Source: an uncultured delta proteobacterium (GTDB lineage: Bacteria; Myxococcota_A; Polyangia; Haliangiales; Haliangiaceae). Taken from it: a stretch of 64,000 nucleotides of DNA. Below the pieces are notes generated by a model. It was not told the origin of the DNA and did not search any database. It saw only the letters and a program-made list of their open reading frames with translations. Below, one piece after another: positions 41,047-51,201 of this stretch; within the stretch, counting starts at the first letter, position 1; each line of letters opens with the position of its first letter. The stretch is taken from assembly GCA_963848295.1 (NCBI GenBank), contig CAWKDB010000010.1, positions 4,096,001 to 4,160,000 on the forward strand, read 5' to 3'. Position numbers and translations under genes: made by a program.

Positions 41047-42101
41047 TAGCTCTTCACCTTGGGCTCGATCGGCGCGCCGTCGCGCAGCTTCTGGACGTTC
41101 GAGGTCACGACGCGATCGCCCGACTTCACGCCGCCGAGCGCCACGTACTCGTTGTCGACGAGATCGCCGAGCTTCACCGGCCGTTGCTTCGCGACCTGCT
41201 GCGTGCCGTGCTGCTCCGCGACGTAGACGAAGCTCTGACCGCCGAGCCGCGTCACCGCGAGTGCCGGTATGCGCAACCCGGGATGGGTGTTCCACACGAC
41301 GCGCGCGCGCACGAGCTGGTCGGAGCGCAGCGCGCCCTTGGCGTTGTCGATGTCGGCCTTGACCAGCACCGACTGGGTCTGCGGGTTGACGTCGGCCGAC
41401 ACGAACTTCACGGTGCCGGTCCCGATGATGTGGCTCGCGTCGTCGACCAGCTGGATCTGGGTCTGGTCCGTGATGTCGTGCGCGCGATCGACCGGCACCG
41501 AGACGTTGGCCTCGAGCACGGAGTTATCGGTGACGGTCGTCAGCGTCGTCTGCGGCGTGACGCGGTCGCCGACCCGCGCCGGGATGTCGCCGACCACGCC
41601 ATGGCTCGGCGCGGACACCTTGTAGTAGCGAAGCTGCACCTGGTTCTGCGCGATCGTCGCGCCCGACGCTTCGACCGCGGCGCGTGCGGTGTCGTACTGG
41701 GCCGTCGCGTTGTCGAGCTCCTGCCGAGCCAGCGCACCATCGGCGACCAGCTTCCGAACCTTGGCGAGGTTCTCCTTCGCGAGCCGGAGCTGCGCGACGT
41801 GGCCGGCCTCCTCGGCATGCGCGGCGGCGACCACCGCGGGCTGGCGACCCGGATCGATCTGCACGAGCGGCTGGCCGGCCTCGACGGTCTGGCCCGGCTT
41901 GACGAAGATCTGCGTGATCGTGCCGTCGACCTGCGGCTGGATCGAGGCCGCCGTGCGCGAGCGCAGCGTCGCGAGATACTCGGTCGCATCGACGACCTCG
42001 GTCGGCGCGAGCGTGACGACCTCGACGGACGGCGGCGGCGGTCGCCCGGGCGGTGCCTTGGAACCACACGCGACGAGGCACAGGATCGCGAGGCGGCGCA
42101 T
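41046..42101 (-). CDS. RND efflux periplasmic adaptor (MFP) lipoprotein
   Basis: Lipobox LVAC, IQPQVDG.I..I.VKPGQ.V..GQ.L..ID, V.APS.GVVG. Confidence 0.93.
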   Translation of the reverse strand: MRRLAILCLVACGSKAPPGRPPPPSVEVVTLAPTEVVDATEYLATLRSRTAASIQPQVDGTITQIFVKPGQTVEAGQPLVQIDPGRQPAVVAAAHAEEAGHVAQLRLAKENLAKVRKLVADGALARQELDNATAQYDTARAAVEASGATIAQNQVQLRYYKVSAPSHGVVGDIPARVGDRVTPQTTLTTVTDNSVLEANVSVPVDRAHDITDQTQIQLVDDASHIIGTGTVKFVSADVNPQTQSVLVKADIDNAKGALRSDQLVRARVVWNTHPGLRIPALAVTRLGGQSFVYVAEQHGTQQVAKQRPVKLGDLVDNEYVALGGVKSGDRVVTSNVQKLRDGAPIEPKVKS

Positions 42102-42218
42102 GGTGCGGTTTACCGCCGCGCCCGCGCTTGAAAAGTGAGCGCGTTCGCCCGCGTGCGGCGGCAGGTGCTCACCGCCTACTGCGCGCGCCTGTCACGGCGC
42201 GGTGGCGAGGAGTACGCG

Positions 42219-43556
42219 CTACGGGCGGACGTGGTGTGGACCGCGCCCGCGCTCGGTCAGTCGCGGTCGCGGGCCGAACGCCTCGGGCGCCGCGCAGTGC
42301 GAGGTGGGTGCGAAGCCGATCTTCTTGTTGGCGACATCGATCACCGTGACGAAGGCGCGCATGAACGCGTCGCCCATCGTCGCGTTGCCTTGGTCGCCAC
42401 CGCCGTACACCACGAGGCAGTACTGGCCGCCACCGGTGTCGTAGAAGTACGACGCGAGCGCGGGGGCGCTGATCGTGATCGAGCCACCCCCGACGCCGGA
42501 GAACGTCAGCGAGAGCTTCGGCAACATCGCATCGACGGTCGCGGAAGTCGTCCCGGAAGACGCGGTGACGCAGCCAGCGGTGTCGGAATTCGAAGTCGTC
42601 GGGTCGGTGAGCGTCTGGCTCGGGAACAGCGACTTGAATGCGGTGTTCGCGTTGAGATCCTTGACCAGCGCGGTCTCGGCAGCGCTCGGGATATAGAACA
42701 GGCTCGTGCCCGTATCGACGATCGGGTTATCGAAGGTCGCGGCGGTCACGCCGAGGTTCGTGCCGCCGATCGCCATCGCCGTCATGTCGGCCGAATAGAA
42801 GTCGGCGTTGTCGCCGGTCGACAGCAGCGGCGTGTATTGCACGGGCGAAGCGACGTGAGTCTCGTCGTAGCCGCCGAGCCACATCGTGCCGTCGGTCGGA
42901 CACAGCTCGAAGCCCATGACCTTGGCCACACCCGCCGCGGTCACCGCGTCGAAGTAGGCGGTCGTGCCGGGATCGAGGAGCGCCGCTGGCCCCATGCCGA
43001 AGATGCCCTGATATTCGTTCCCCGCGAAGAACTGCGGGTTCGTGCTCTGCGACTTGATATCGACGAAGTCGAGCGACACGCTCGGCGTGCCGTGGTCGAG
43101 CGCGACGGTGTCGGAGTAGATCGATCCGGACCAGCCGCTGTTGTCGGCGTACGACGCTTGATCGCTCTTGCCGGTCGCGCTCGCCGAGGAGCCGGGCGCG
43201 TAGAGCGGCGACATTCCGCTGCACGTCGAGCAACCGGAACCGGCGAGGCCAGTCACCGTCGAACCGGTGTCGAGGTCGAGCTTGAACGTCTTGCCCGAGG
43301 CGGTGAGCGCGGGCAGGTAGAACTCGCCCTGATCGGCGCCGCTCGGCGTGGACAGCGGGATCGAATAGACGCCATTCATCGGCCCGGTGGCATCGGACGA
43401 CGACGAGCCGTCGACCGGGATCGCGCCGTCGCCGTCGGTGCCTCCGTCGTGAAGCGAATGCGAGGCGTCGGTGTTGCCGTTCGGGTTGGAGCCGGCGCTG
43501 CAACCGGTGACGAGCCCAAGAGTCATGACGAGCATCGAACGGAACTGCACTCGCAT
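42219..43556 (-). CDS. Pepsin-like (A1-family) aspartic protease lipoprotein
   Basis: Two catalytic motifs LDTGS and VDTGTS, flap Tyr (SYADNS), GIFGMG, MGDAFMRAFVTVID...KIGFA. Confidence 0.88.
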   Translation of the reverse strand: MRVQFRSMLVMTLGLVTGCSAGSNPNGNTDASHSLHDGGTDGDGAIPVDGSSSSDATGPMNGVYSIPLSTPSGADQGEFYLPALTASGKTFKLDLDTGSTVTGLAGSGCSTCSGMSPLYAPGSSASATGKSDQASYADNSGWSGSIYSDTVALDHGTPSVSLDFVDIKSQSTNPQFFAGNEYQGIFGMGPAALLDPGTTAYFDAVTAAGVAKVMGFELCPTDGTMWLGGYDETHVASPVQYTPLLSTGDNADFYSADMTAMAIGGTNLGVTAATFDNPIVDTGTSLFYIPSAAETALVKDLNANTAFKSLFPSQTLTDPTTSNSDTAGCVTASSGTTSATVDAMLPKLSLTFSGVGGGSITISAPALASYFYDTGGGQYCLVVYGGGDQGNATMGDAFMRAFVTVIDVANKKIGFAPTSHCAAPEAFGPRPRLTERGRGPHHVRP

Positions 43557-43764
43557 GGCGGACACGCTAGCCGCGGCCGTCGTGCGTTGGCGCTTTCAGC
43601 CTCGAACAGCCGATGACACTCGAGTGCGCAGAGTGTGCAAATCGTAACTTCCCGGTCGCAGTGACCGGCGATCCGCATCGTGCGCCTCGGCGACAGCGCA
43701 CGACCCATCGTGCCCCACGCGAGGACACAGCGCGCTCGTGCGCGAGACCCTCTCGAGGTGCGCG

Positions 43765-44058
43765 TCAGTGTTTGTGCGCGGCCTTGTTACCGGGCTTCGC
43801 GCCGTGCCATTCGTTGACGTGCTTGTTTGCCTCGAGCCAGGTGTTGAGCTCGGCGGCGACGACAGCTGGGATGTGATCGAGATCGCCGGTTAACAGGCCA
43901 TTCACCTCGTTCAGCGCCAGCTCGATGTCGTTCGTTGCGCGATCGTCGGGCTCGAGCTTCGCAAGTGCTAGCTCGAGCTCCTGCTTGCGAACATGAACAC
44001 GCGCCTTGAGGTTCATGCCGCGGGTCGCGTCGGTCGTGTTTTCCTTGGTGTGGATCAT
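43765..44058 (-). CDS. Small hypothetical helical protein
   Basis: AAGGAG RBS and a candidate sigma54 promoter upstream. Confidence 0.7.
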   Translation of the reverse strand: MIHTKENTTDATRGMNLKARVHVRKQELELALAKLEPDDRATNDIELALNEVNGLLTGDLDHIPAVVAAELNTWLEANKHVNEWHGAKPGNKAAHKH

Positions 44059-44086
44059 CGGATCTCCTTCGATAGCGTCATGCTCG

Positions 44087-44102
44087 TGCAGAGATCGTGC
44101 CG
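44087..44102 (-). promoter_or_regulatory. Putative sigma54 promoter
   Basis: Minus strand CGGCACGATCTCTGCA, GG-N10-GC. Confidence 0.65.
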
Positions 44103-44261
44103 TGACGTGCGATCAGCGGCTCGCGCGGAGCCCCTTCGTGGTGGGTCGACGAGAGTTGTCGTGTCGCGAACCCGCCGCGTGTGGCGCCCGCGCCCGTCGG
44201 TGTCGCGATGATGAGGCGCTCCGAGCACCGGGTCGCGCGGATCGATTAGACTCGCGGGCAG

Positions 44262-46217
44262 ATGGATGCCGGGCCGGAATTCGAGCGTTGTCTCGCACTC
44301 GTCGTCGCCAGCGTCGAACGCACGGCGAAGCGCGTCCATGGTGCCGCCGACCTGCCGCACTTGCCACTGCCGATCAGCGCCGAGCCCGGCACGCCCGCGT
44401 ACGAGATGGCGACCGCGCTGGGTCTGCTGCCCGACGAGCTCGAGCTCGTGTGGTCGCTGATCGCGCGCGCAGTCGAGCCGTCGATCGCGGCGCATGCGCG
44501 TGACGTGTTCGGCGCCGACGCGTTGCTCGGCGTCAGCCTCGCCCATCACATCGCATGGCGCGAGCTGTCGCCCGAGCGCAGTCGCGCGCTCCTCGCCGTG
44601 CTCGATCGCGGCCACCGCCTGCGCACGAGCGGCATCCTCGTGCCGGTCGGCGACGGGCCGTACGACGTCCAATCGCCGTGGACCACGAGCCCGCGCGTGT
44701 GCAACTTCATCCGCGGCTCGCGCGACGTCGATCCCGAGCTCTCCGCGATCGGCGGCCTCGTCGAGCCCGGCCGCGTCTACCACTCGGCCGCGCAGGAAGC
44801 GACGCTCGGCCAGCTCCGGCACTGGCTCGGTGCCTCGGCCGCCGCGACGATCCAGCTCGACGGGCGGGCCGGCTCGGGTCGCCGCACCGCGGTGGCGATC
44901 GCGGCCGCACCGCGCCGGACGATCGCGGTCGACTTCGCGCGCGTCTCGGGCCGTCGCGCGCTGCCGACGCTGCTCGCGCTGTGGCGCGAGGTCCTGCTGC
45001 TCGACGCCGTACCGGTGATCGCGAACCTCGACGATCTGTGGGCGCGGCTGCCGCCCGACGACGAGCTCGAGCAAGCGTTGGTCGGCGCGCTCGATGCGAT
45101 CGACGGCCCGCTGATCGTGACGACGTCGTCGGGACCGCTCGAGCTCCGCGCGTCGCGCCGTCTCGTGCTCAATGCGCGGTGGCCGCTGCCGGATGCGGCG
45201 ACGCGCCGGCGCTTGTGGAGCGAGCTCCTGCCCGAGCGGCCCGCAGACAACGTGCTCGATCTCGTCGCCGATCGCTACGAGCTCGGAGCCGGCGGCATCG
45301 TCGCGGCGGCGCGGTCGGCGCAACATCGTGCCGGGCGGCGCGACGGCGTCCCGGTGCTTGGCGAGCTGGTCGCGAGCGTCCAAGACAACATCGCCGAGCG
45401 CCTCGGCGAGCTCGCGAAGCGCGTCGAGGTCACGCAAGAGTGGAGCGAGCTCGTCTTGCCGGCCGAGACGCGCGACGACGTCGCGATGTTGATCGGTCGC
45501 ATTCGCAACGCGCACGTCGTGCTCGACGGCTGGGGCTTTCGCAAGAAGCTCGCCCGCGGCGGCGGCGTCGCGGCGCTGTTCTCGGGACCGCCCGGCACCG
45601 GCAAGACGATGGTCGCCGGCCTCATCGCCCGAGAGCTCGAGCTCGAGCTCTATCAAGTCGACCTGTCGCGCATCGTGTCGAAGTGGATCGGCGAGACCGA
45701 GAAGCAGCTCGCGCGCGTGTTCGAGGCGGCCGAGGCCGGCCACGCGCTGCTGCTGTTCGACGAGGCCGACGCGCTGTTCGCCAAGCGCTCGGCCGAGGTC
45801 AAGTCGGCGGTCGATCGCTACGCGAACCTCGAGGTGAACTACTTGCTCCAGCGCGTCGAGAGCTTCGGCGGCGTCGTCGTGCTGACCACGAACCTCGACA
45901 GCAGCATCGATCCCGCGCTGCGCCGCCGGCTCGCGAGTCACATCGTGTTCGGACCACCCGAGGTCGGCGAACGCGAGCGGCTGTGGCACACGATGCTCGA
46001 CACGCGCGCGCCGCGCGACCCCAACCTCGATCTGCGCGCCCTCGCCGAGGAGTTCGCCGACATGAGCGGCGCGAACATCCGCAACGCGACACTCGCCGCG
46101 GCCTTCATCGCCGCCGACGAGGGCCGGCCGATCGGCGCGAGCCACCTGCGCCGCGCCGCGCACAGCGAGTATCGAGCGATGGGGCGCGTGCTGAGTCGCG
46201 GCCCGAACGGCCGGTGA
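44262..46217 (+). CDS. AAA+ ATPase of the eCIS-associated (Afp15/Pvc15-like) type
   Basis: Degenerate first AAA (GRAGSGRRT); active second [55 protein letters not shown]. Confidence 0.85.
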   Translation: MDAGPEFERCLALVVASVERTAKRVHGAADLPHLPLPISAEPGTPAYEMATALGLLPDELELVWSLIARAVEPSIAAHARDVFGADALLGVSLAHHIAWRELSPERSRALLAVLDRGHRLRTSGILVPVGDGPYDVQSPWTTSPRVCNFIRGSRDVDPELSAIGGLVEPGRVYHSAAQEATLGQLRHWLGASAAATIQLDGRAGSGRRTAVAIAAAPRRTIAVDFARVSGRRALPTLLALWREVLLLDAVPVIANLDDLWARLPPDDELEQALVGALDAIDGPLIVTTSSGPLELRASRRLVLNARWPLPDAATRRRLWSELLPERPADNVLDLVADRYELGAGGIVAAARSAQHRAGRRDGVPVLGELVASVQDNIAERLGELAKRVEVTQEWSELVLPAETRDDVAMLIGRIRNAHVVLDGWGFRKKLARGGGVAALFSGPPGTGKTMVAGLIARELELELYQVDLSRIVSKWIGETEKQLARVFEAAEAGHALLLFDEADALFAKRSAEVKSAVDRYANLEVNYLLQRVESFGGVVVLTTNLDSSIDPALRRRLASHIVFGPPEVGERERLWHTMLDTRAPRDPNLDLRALAEEFADMSGANIRNATLAAAFIAADEGRPIGASHLRRAAHSEYRAMGRVLSRGPNGR

Positions 46218-46275
46218 GCTCGTGGCCGCGATCTCGTATACGCGGTGCGCGCGCCCGCACCTGACCGCGCGGCGG

Positions 46276-47265
46276 ATGAGCACGTACACGATCCTCGGCT
46301 TTCTCGGCTACGCGCTCGCGAACGTCGTCGGCTCGGTGCTCGCGAGCGCGTGGGACCTCACGCTCGGCGAGCGGCTGATCGCCCTGTTCGCGCCGGGCGT
46401 CGCGTTCATCGTCGTCGTCACGATCGCGAGCGCGATCTCCGGCATGGAGCGCATCGTGTTCTATCAGTGCACGCTCGCCGCGCTCGGCTCGGTGCTCGTG
46501 CTCGGCCTCGCCACGGGCGCGCGCGTCGAGCGGCTGCTCGACATCGTGACGATCGGCATCGGCGTCTTCCTCGTGTTCGGCCGACTCGGCTGCTTCTCGG
46601 TCGGCTGTTGCCACGGCACGCTCGGCCGCGGCATCACGTACGGCCCGGCGCACGTCGCGATCGGCTTCTGGCCGCGCTGGCAGGGGCGGGCGCTGTGGCC
46701 GGTGCAGGCGATCGAAGCGGCGGCGAGCGCCGCGCTCGTCGTGCTCGCGCTGCTGTCGTCGGCGACGCCGGGCACCGCGGCGCTCGTCTACCTCGACGGC
46801 TACGCGCTCGTCCGGTTCACGCTCGAGCTCGCGCGCGGCGATCTGATGCGCCCGTACGTGCGCGGCCTGAGCGAAGCGCAGTGGCTCGCGGTCGGCTGCG
46901 CGGTCGCGTGCGCGGCCTGGCGCCCGCATCCTGTGACGCTCGCGATCGCCGCGCTGCTCGTCACCGCGACCGTCGTGCTCGTCGCTCGCCGCCGCGCGCG
47001 CGAGCTGCTGTCACCACCGCACCTGCGCGACCTCGATCGCGCGCTGCTCGCCGCCGCCGACGGCGACAAGCACGTCACGACGCTCGGCATCTCGGTGTCG
47101 CGGCACACGCTGCCCGACGGCCGCACCGACTGGATCCTGTCCGGCACGCACCCGAGATGGTCGACCGCGCTCGCGCGTCGGCTCGCGCACGCGATGTGGC
47201 CCGACCCGTGGGAGATCGTCGAAGGCCGCACGCCGGGCATCGTGCACGTGCTCACGCCGCCGTGA
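46276..47265 (+). CDS. Lgt-like (prolipoprotein diacylglyceryl transferase family) membrane protein
   Basis: FGRLGCFSVGCCHG, PVQAIE, YALVRFTLE..RGD; multiple TMs; divergent. Confidence 0.7.
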   Translation: MSTYTILGFLGYALANVVGSVLASAWDLTLGERLIALFAPGVAFIVVVTIASAISGMERIVFYQCTLAALGSVLVLGLATGARVERLLDIVTIGIGVFLVFGRLGCFSVGCCHGTLGRGITYGPAHVAIGFWPRWQGRALWPVQAIEAAASAALVVLALLSSATPGTAALVYLDGYALVRFTLELARGDLMRPYVRGLSEAQWLAVGCAVACAAWRPHPVTLAIAALLVTATVVLVARRRARELLSPPHLRDLDRALLAAADGDKHVTTLGISVSRHTLPDGRTDWILSGTHPRWSTALARRLAHAMWPDPWEIVEGRTPGIVHVLTPP

Positions 47266-47302
47266 TTCGGTCGACGTGCGTCACGACGACCGCGAAGCCA
47301 GA

Positions 47303-47983
47303 TCACGACTCGCGATGGCCCGCCGGCGGCAGCAGCCCTTGCTCGGTGCAGTTGAGCATCACGATCGCGCTGTGAAAGAACGCGTAGTCGGCGGCGAGCA
47401 CGATCGCGCCGAGCGCCGCGAGCCACGCCGCCGCCGGGCTCGCGGCAACACCGGCGACGAGCGCTGCGGAGACGGTGACGAACCACGCGACGCGTCCCGG
47501 CCGCCAGCTGCGCTCGAAGCGCGCGATCACTTCGGCGATCGGTGCCGCGCCGCGGTCGACGAGGATCACTTTCGTATGCGGCGGCAACTGCCACGCGGCG
47601 CGCATCACGTCCTCGCCGGGAATGTAGCTCGAGATGTACGCCGTCAGCGCGAGGTCGCGCGGAACGACGAACTTCAGACCGACCCGACGAATCGCCTGCG
47701 TCGCGATCTCGATGTACGTGCCGGTCGGCACGGCGATATCCATGCCGTTGGTCACGCGCAGCACGAGCGCTTGGCTGAGACACGCGTCGCGCCCGATCTT
47801 CGCGCCGAGCGTCACGTCACCGGCGCCGACGAACACGACGTCGAGCGCGCGCCGCCGCCATTCGTCGTCGGTCTCCTGCAACGCGGGGAGGTTCTTGCTC
47901 ACGCGCCGCAGGTGACGCACGCCGCGGCCGAACGACAGGCCGAGCAGGCCCGCATAGAGCGCGGCGAACACGAGCACCATCAC
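47303..47983 (-). CDS. Hypothetical membrane protein
   Basis: One N-terminal and two C-terminal hydrophobic segments; overlaps the upstream stop codon. Confidence 0.6.
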   Translation of the reverse strand: MMVLVFAALYAGLLGLSFGRGVRHLRRVSKNLPALQETDDEWRRRALDVVFVGAGDVTLGAKIGRDACLSQALVLRVTNGMDIAVPTGTYIEIATQAIRRVGLKFVVPRDLALTAYISSYIPGEDVMRAAWQLPPHTKVILVDRGAAPIAEVIARFERSWRPGRVAWFVTVSAALVAGVAASPAAAWLAALGAIVLAADYAFFHSAIVMLNCTEQGLLPPAGHRES

Positions 47984-48690
47984 CGAATAGCTTGCAGCAA
48001 CGCCGCGAGCTTTGCCTCGTCGATCACGCCGAACTTCGCTTCGATGCCGGTGCCGACCATGAACGCGTCGACGTAGGGCACGTAGGTCCGGGCGTTCTCG
48101 GCGGTGACGCCCGACGCGAGCGCGATCGCCGCGTCACCGGCGCCCTCATGAAGCGCACGCAGTCGTTCGGGATCGGCGGCCTGCCCGGTGCCCGGACCGC
48201 TCGTGCACAGCACGTCCATGTAGCGCGCCGCGATCGCCGCCGTGCGGCCGAGATCGCCGAGCGCGATGTCGCGCTGGTACTTGAACGCCGTGCCACCGAA
48301 GTAGAGGCCGGTCCAGTTGCGTGCGCGGCGCGCCGCGACCATCTCCTCGGCGCCGGGCTGCTCGGTCGCGCGCTCGTCGATGCTCGCGTTGTCAGACCAG
48401 ATGCCATCGATCCGCCCACCACAGCCGTCGAGTGCGGTCGCGAGCGCCGCCGCTGGGCGACGAGACAACAGGTTCACGCCGACCCACAGCGAAGGGTACT
48501 TCTCGCGGACCTCGACGATCAGCTCGAGCACTTCGGGCTCGCGCAGCCCTTGATCGATCAGGAACAAGCCTTTAGCGCCGGCGCGATGGACGACCGCGAT
48601 GCTGCGCAGGGCCTCTTCGCGACTCACCGGATGGACGACCGGGAGGACGACCGGGCTCGTACCGAAGATCTCGATGATTCGATTCATCAT
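47980..48690 (-). CDS. BtpA/SgcQ-like TIM-barrel protein
   Basis: VLPVVH, VGVNLL, FKYQ, DVLCTSGPGTG, LASGVTAEN, FMVGTGI. Confidence 0.75.
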   Translation of the reverse strand: MMNRIIEIFGTSPVVLPVVHPVSREEALRSIAVVHRAGAKGLFLIDQGLREPEVLELIVEVREKYPSLWVGVNLLSRRPAAALATALDGCGGRIDGIWSDNASIDERATEQPGAEEMVAARRARNWTGLYFGGTAFKYQRDIALGDLGRTAAIAARYMDVLCTSGPGTGQAADPERLRALHEGAGDAAIALASGVTAENARTYVPYVDAFMVGTGIEAKFGVIDEAKLAALLQAIR

Positions 48691-48697
48691 GCTTCAT

Positions 48698-49588
48698 CCT
48701 CGCATGACGTCAGGGCCGACGACCACGCATCGCAAGGCGCTCGCGACCTCTGAGGCCCGCATCGCGCTAACTCGTGCCGAGCGCGAAGGTCTTGCTCAAC
48801 ATCGCGACCAGCCGATCGAGCGTCGTGCGGCCGGGCAGCGGCAGCAGGCCGGCCTCGACGATCGCGCCGAGCTTCGCATCGCCGCGCCATGCGGTGCGCT
48901 GGCGGCTCATGATCGCGATCACGTTGGCGGTGTAGTCGCCGGTGAACGGGTGCTCGCCGGTGTGCCAGTAGGCGATCATCGCCGCCAGCGCGAACACGTC
49001 GGCCGCCGGTGTCGGCGGATCTTCGGGCCGTGCGAGCACCTCGGGCGCAAAGTACACGTGAGGGAAGCACAGCGGCACACCGTAGTCGGGCTTGGTCATC
49101 TTCGCGTGGAACACGTCGCAGCGCGGCGCGATGCCGGTCACGCGGTCACCGTCGATGTACACCAGCTCCGGGCGAAGGCCGCCGAGCACGATGCCGCGCG
49201 CATGTGCCGCCGCGACGACCTCGGCGACCGCGAGGCCGAGCCGAGCTGTCGTAGCCGCGTCCATCACCGTCGGGTGATCTGCGCTGGGGATGCCCGCAGG
49301 TTCGTCTTCGACCAGCCCGTCGTAGCGGGCCTCGCCGGTCGCGGTGACCGGGCCGATGTGCCGTAGCGCCGCAATCCCAGGCAGCTCGTAGCCGAGGCGC
49401 TGGCGGACCTGATCGAGTGGATCGCGTTGCGGCGTCCCGATCGAGATCAAGACGGAGGTCTGGCGCTCGCGATCGCGGCCGCGGTACAGCCCTCGGTCCG
49501 CGCCGCCGGCGAGCTCCTCGCGTAGCTCGTAGCGAGCGTGATCGAGTGTGGCACCTAGCGGGAGGTTGTCGCGCAGGAACGCTTCGCG
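48698..49588. repeat. ~890-bp direct repeat, copy 1
   Basis: Near-identical to 53170..54059; starts cctcgcatgacgtcagggccgacgacc, ends gcgcaggaacgcttcgcg. Confidence 0.92.
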
Positions 49589-50245
49589 AAATGTCGCGGC
49601 GTCGCGCATGAGCTTGTCGATCGTGTCCGTCGAAACCGACAACTCGCCGCCGGTGTCTTCTCGCACGATCCGAAATCCAGTGCCAGCTCGCGACACGCGA
49701 ACCGTCGGATTGCCATGAACCTCCGCGATCCCGCCGGCTAGCGCCTCTCGGAGTGCGGATCCGGAGCGGGAGAGCAGCGCGTCGAGCAGGCACCGCGCAA
49801 CACCCTCCGGATCATTCGCAAGCGCAAATCCCCCGTCCTCGCTCACCTGGACAAACGGTGCTTCGATGGCCCCAAACAGGACCTCGAGAGCATCGTCGAC
49901 CTCGGGCACATCACCGCCGTAGTCGGCGTCTTCGTAGCGAAGCGTATAGTGCTTGCGAAGCCACGCGACGAAGTGGCGTGCTGGTTCGACCGGGGTGATT
50001 CGATACCAGATGCGAATCATCATCGGTGCTACCTCGACCCCGATGACCGTGCCGGGAAAGCGTGCAGGCTCGTCTGCCCTCGCGTGCAAGGCTGTCTCGA
50101 TCCCCGAGACACCGTAAGAGAGCATGAAGGTGTGAGGCGAAACTGGATCCCGGGCCGAGTAGCGCAGACTCACAATGTACTTCTCGACGGAAGTGACATC
50201 GAACTCGCGATGATCTGCGGTACGAAGAATGATGTCCTGAATCAC
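48767..50245 (-). CDS. Putative immunity protein 3: variable N-terminal domain plus Ser/Thr pseudokinase domain
   Basis: Paralog of 51202..52689 and 53238..54716; kinase-like C-half (HARGIVLGGLRPEL, YFAPE, DVFALA, GEHPF). Confidence 0.75.
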   Translation of the reverse strand: MIQDIILRTADHREFDVTSVEKYIVSLRYSARDPVSPHTFMLSYGVSGIETALHARADEPARFPGTVIGVEVAPMMIRIWYRITPVEPARHFVAWLRKHYTLRYEDADYGGDVPEVDDALEVLFGAIEAPFVQVSEDGGFALANDPEGVARCLLDALLSRSGSALREALAGGIAEVHGNPTVRVSRAGTGFRIVREDTGGELSVSTDTIDKLMRDAATFREAFLRDNLPLGATLDHARYELREELAGGADRGLYRGRDRERQTSVLISIGTPQRDPLDQVRQRLGYELPGIAALRHIGPVTATGEARYDGLVEDEPAGIPSADHPTVMDAATTARLGLAVAEVVAAAHARGIVLGGLRPELVYIDGDRVTGIAPRCDVFHAKMTKPDYGVPLCFPHVYFAPEVLARPEDPPTPAADVFALAAMIAYWHTGEHPFTGDYTANVIAIMSRQRTAWRGDAKLGAIVEAGLLPLPGRTTLDRLVAMLSKTFALGTS

Positions 50246-50415
50246 GGAGCCTTCTTGTGACCGGCCGACATCACGGCGTCGTTGTAAGCATCAGCCTGCA
50301 CCTGAACTGCCACCGAGGCGAGCTTCTCGGAATCACCAAACGCAAGCTCCTCTCCGTTGCCAAGACGAAGCATGAACGTATGAGGCGCGATCGGGTCGGG
50401 TGCACCGAGACGCAG
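50242..50415 (-). pseudogene. Chimeric relic: immunity N-terminal fragment joined to a toxin C-terminal tip
   Basis: Reads LRLGAPDPIAPHTFML...QVQADAYNDAVMSAGHKKAP*. PDPIAPHTF matches 53238..54716, and AY..AVMSAGH matches the toxin tips. Confidence 0.7.
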
Positions 50416-50416
50416 C

Positions 50417-50920
50417 TCACGCGTTCGCTACCACCTGCGCGTACGTAGTCAGGTAGGACGCGAGTAACGTCGGGAGATCCCGAGCGGCGTCACTCGAGAT
50501 CAGGCCATAGCGCGCGCTCGTGTACGGACCGGTCGTGATCTCGGCGGGCATTCGAGCGACGACATCCTTCCTGCCGACGAGCCCGTAACCACGCTCCTGT
50601 TCGCGTCGCGTGCGCCATTGAAAGTAGCGTTGTTTCTCGACCGCAGCTGCCAGATTGTGAGACTCCACGCGCTTCATAATGCTCGATCGATCGGCGTCGA
50701 ACGCTACGATTCGCGGGCCCTGTTGCACGGGTGCGTCGGCGCGGAGCTCGAACACGATGACGTAGCCGGTCGCAGGAGCATCGGCGAGCATTCCCTCAAC
50801 GATCGGAACCTCGATCGCGAGCGCGTCTCCGACCGCCTTCGCGAGCTCGTCGACATGCCACGGCTGCTCGGCCACCGCCGCCGGGCGTGCGTTCACAGGA
50901 ACGAGAATGGTGACCTTCAT
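50417..50920 (-). CDS. Hypothetical protein (candidate orphan immunity protein)
   Basis: 167-aa ORF with AAGGAG upstream, inside the orphan cassette; no recognised family. Confidence 0.55.
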   Translation of the reverse strand: MKVTILVPVNARPAAVAEQPWHVDELAKAVGDALAIEVPIVEGMLADAPATGYVIVFELRADAPVQQGPRIVAFDADRSSIMKRVESHNLAAAVEKQRYFQWRTRREQERGYGLVGRKDVVARMPAEITTGPYTSARYGLISSDAARDLPTLLASYLTTYAQVVANA

Positions 50921-50926
50921 GAACGC

Positions 50927-51106
50927 CTACGGCTCCTTCGGGAAGCGCGCTACGTCGATGTCGTCCAGAAGACGTTCACACACGGTCAGCAATTCACGAT
51001 CGGGAAGCGGGTGCAATGCGATGGAAGCGAGGATTCGAGCGCGCGTCGTCGCATTGTTCGAGCGAAGCTTCTCGAGCCGATATAGCTGGTCATCTTCTTC
51101 GGTCAC
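50927..51106 (-). pseudogene. Short ORF or gene fragment (59 aa, HEAT-like)
   Basis: VTEEDDQLYRLEKLRSNNATTRARILASIALHPLPDRELLTVCERLLDDIDVARFPKEP*; below the ORF-track cutoff. Confidence 0.4.
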
Positions 51107-51201
51107 TGTGCAGTCTCGAGATCGTTACGGAAGTCGCGCCGTGTCGTCGCGGTTCACCAGATTAGAATTCGGCACGCCCGGCGGCACGACTATCGTCCAG
51201 T

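Noticed and set aside
44055..46289. 744-aa minus-strand ORF
   Set aside because: Antisense to the AAA ATPase, which carries all the motifs.
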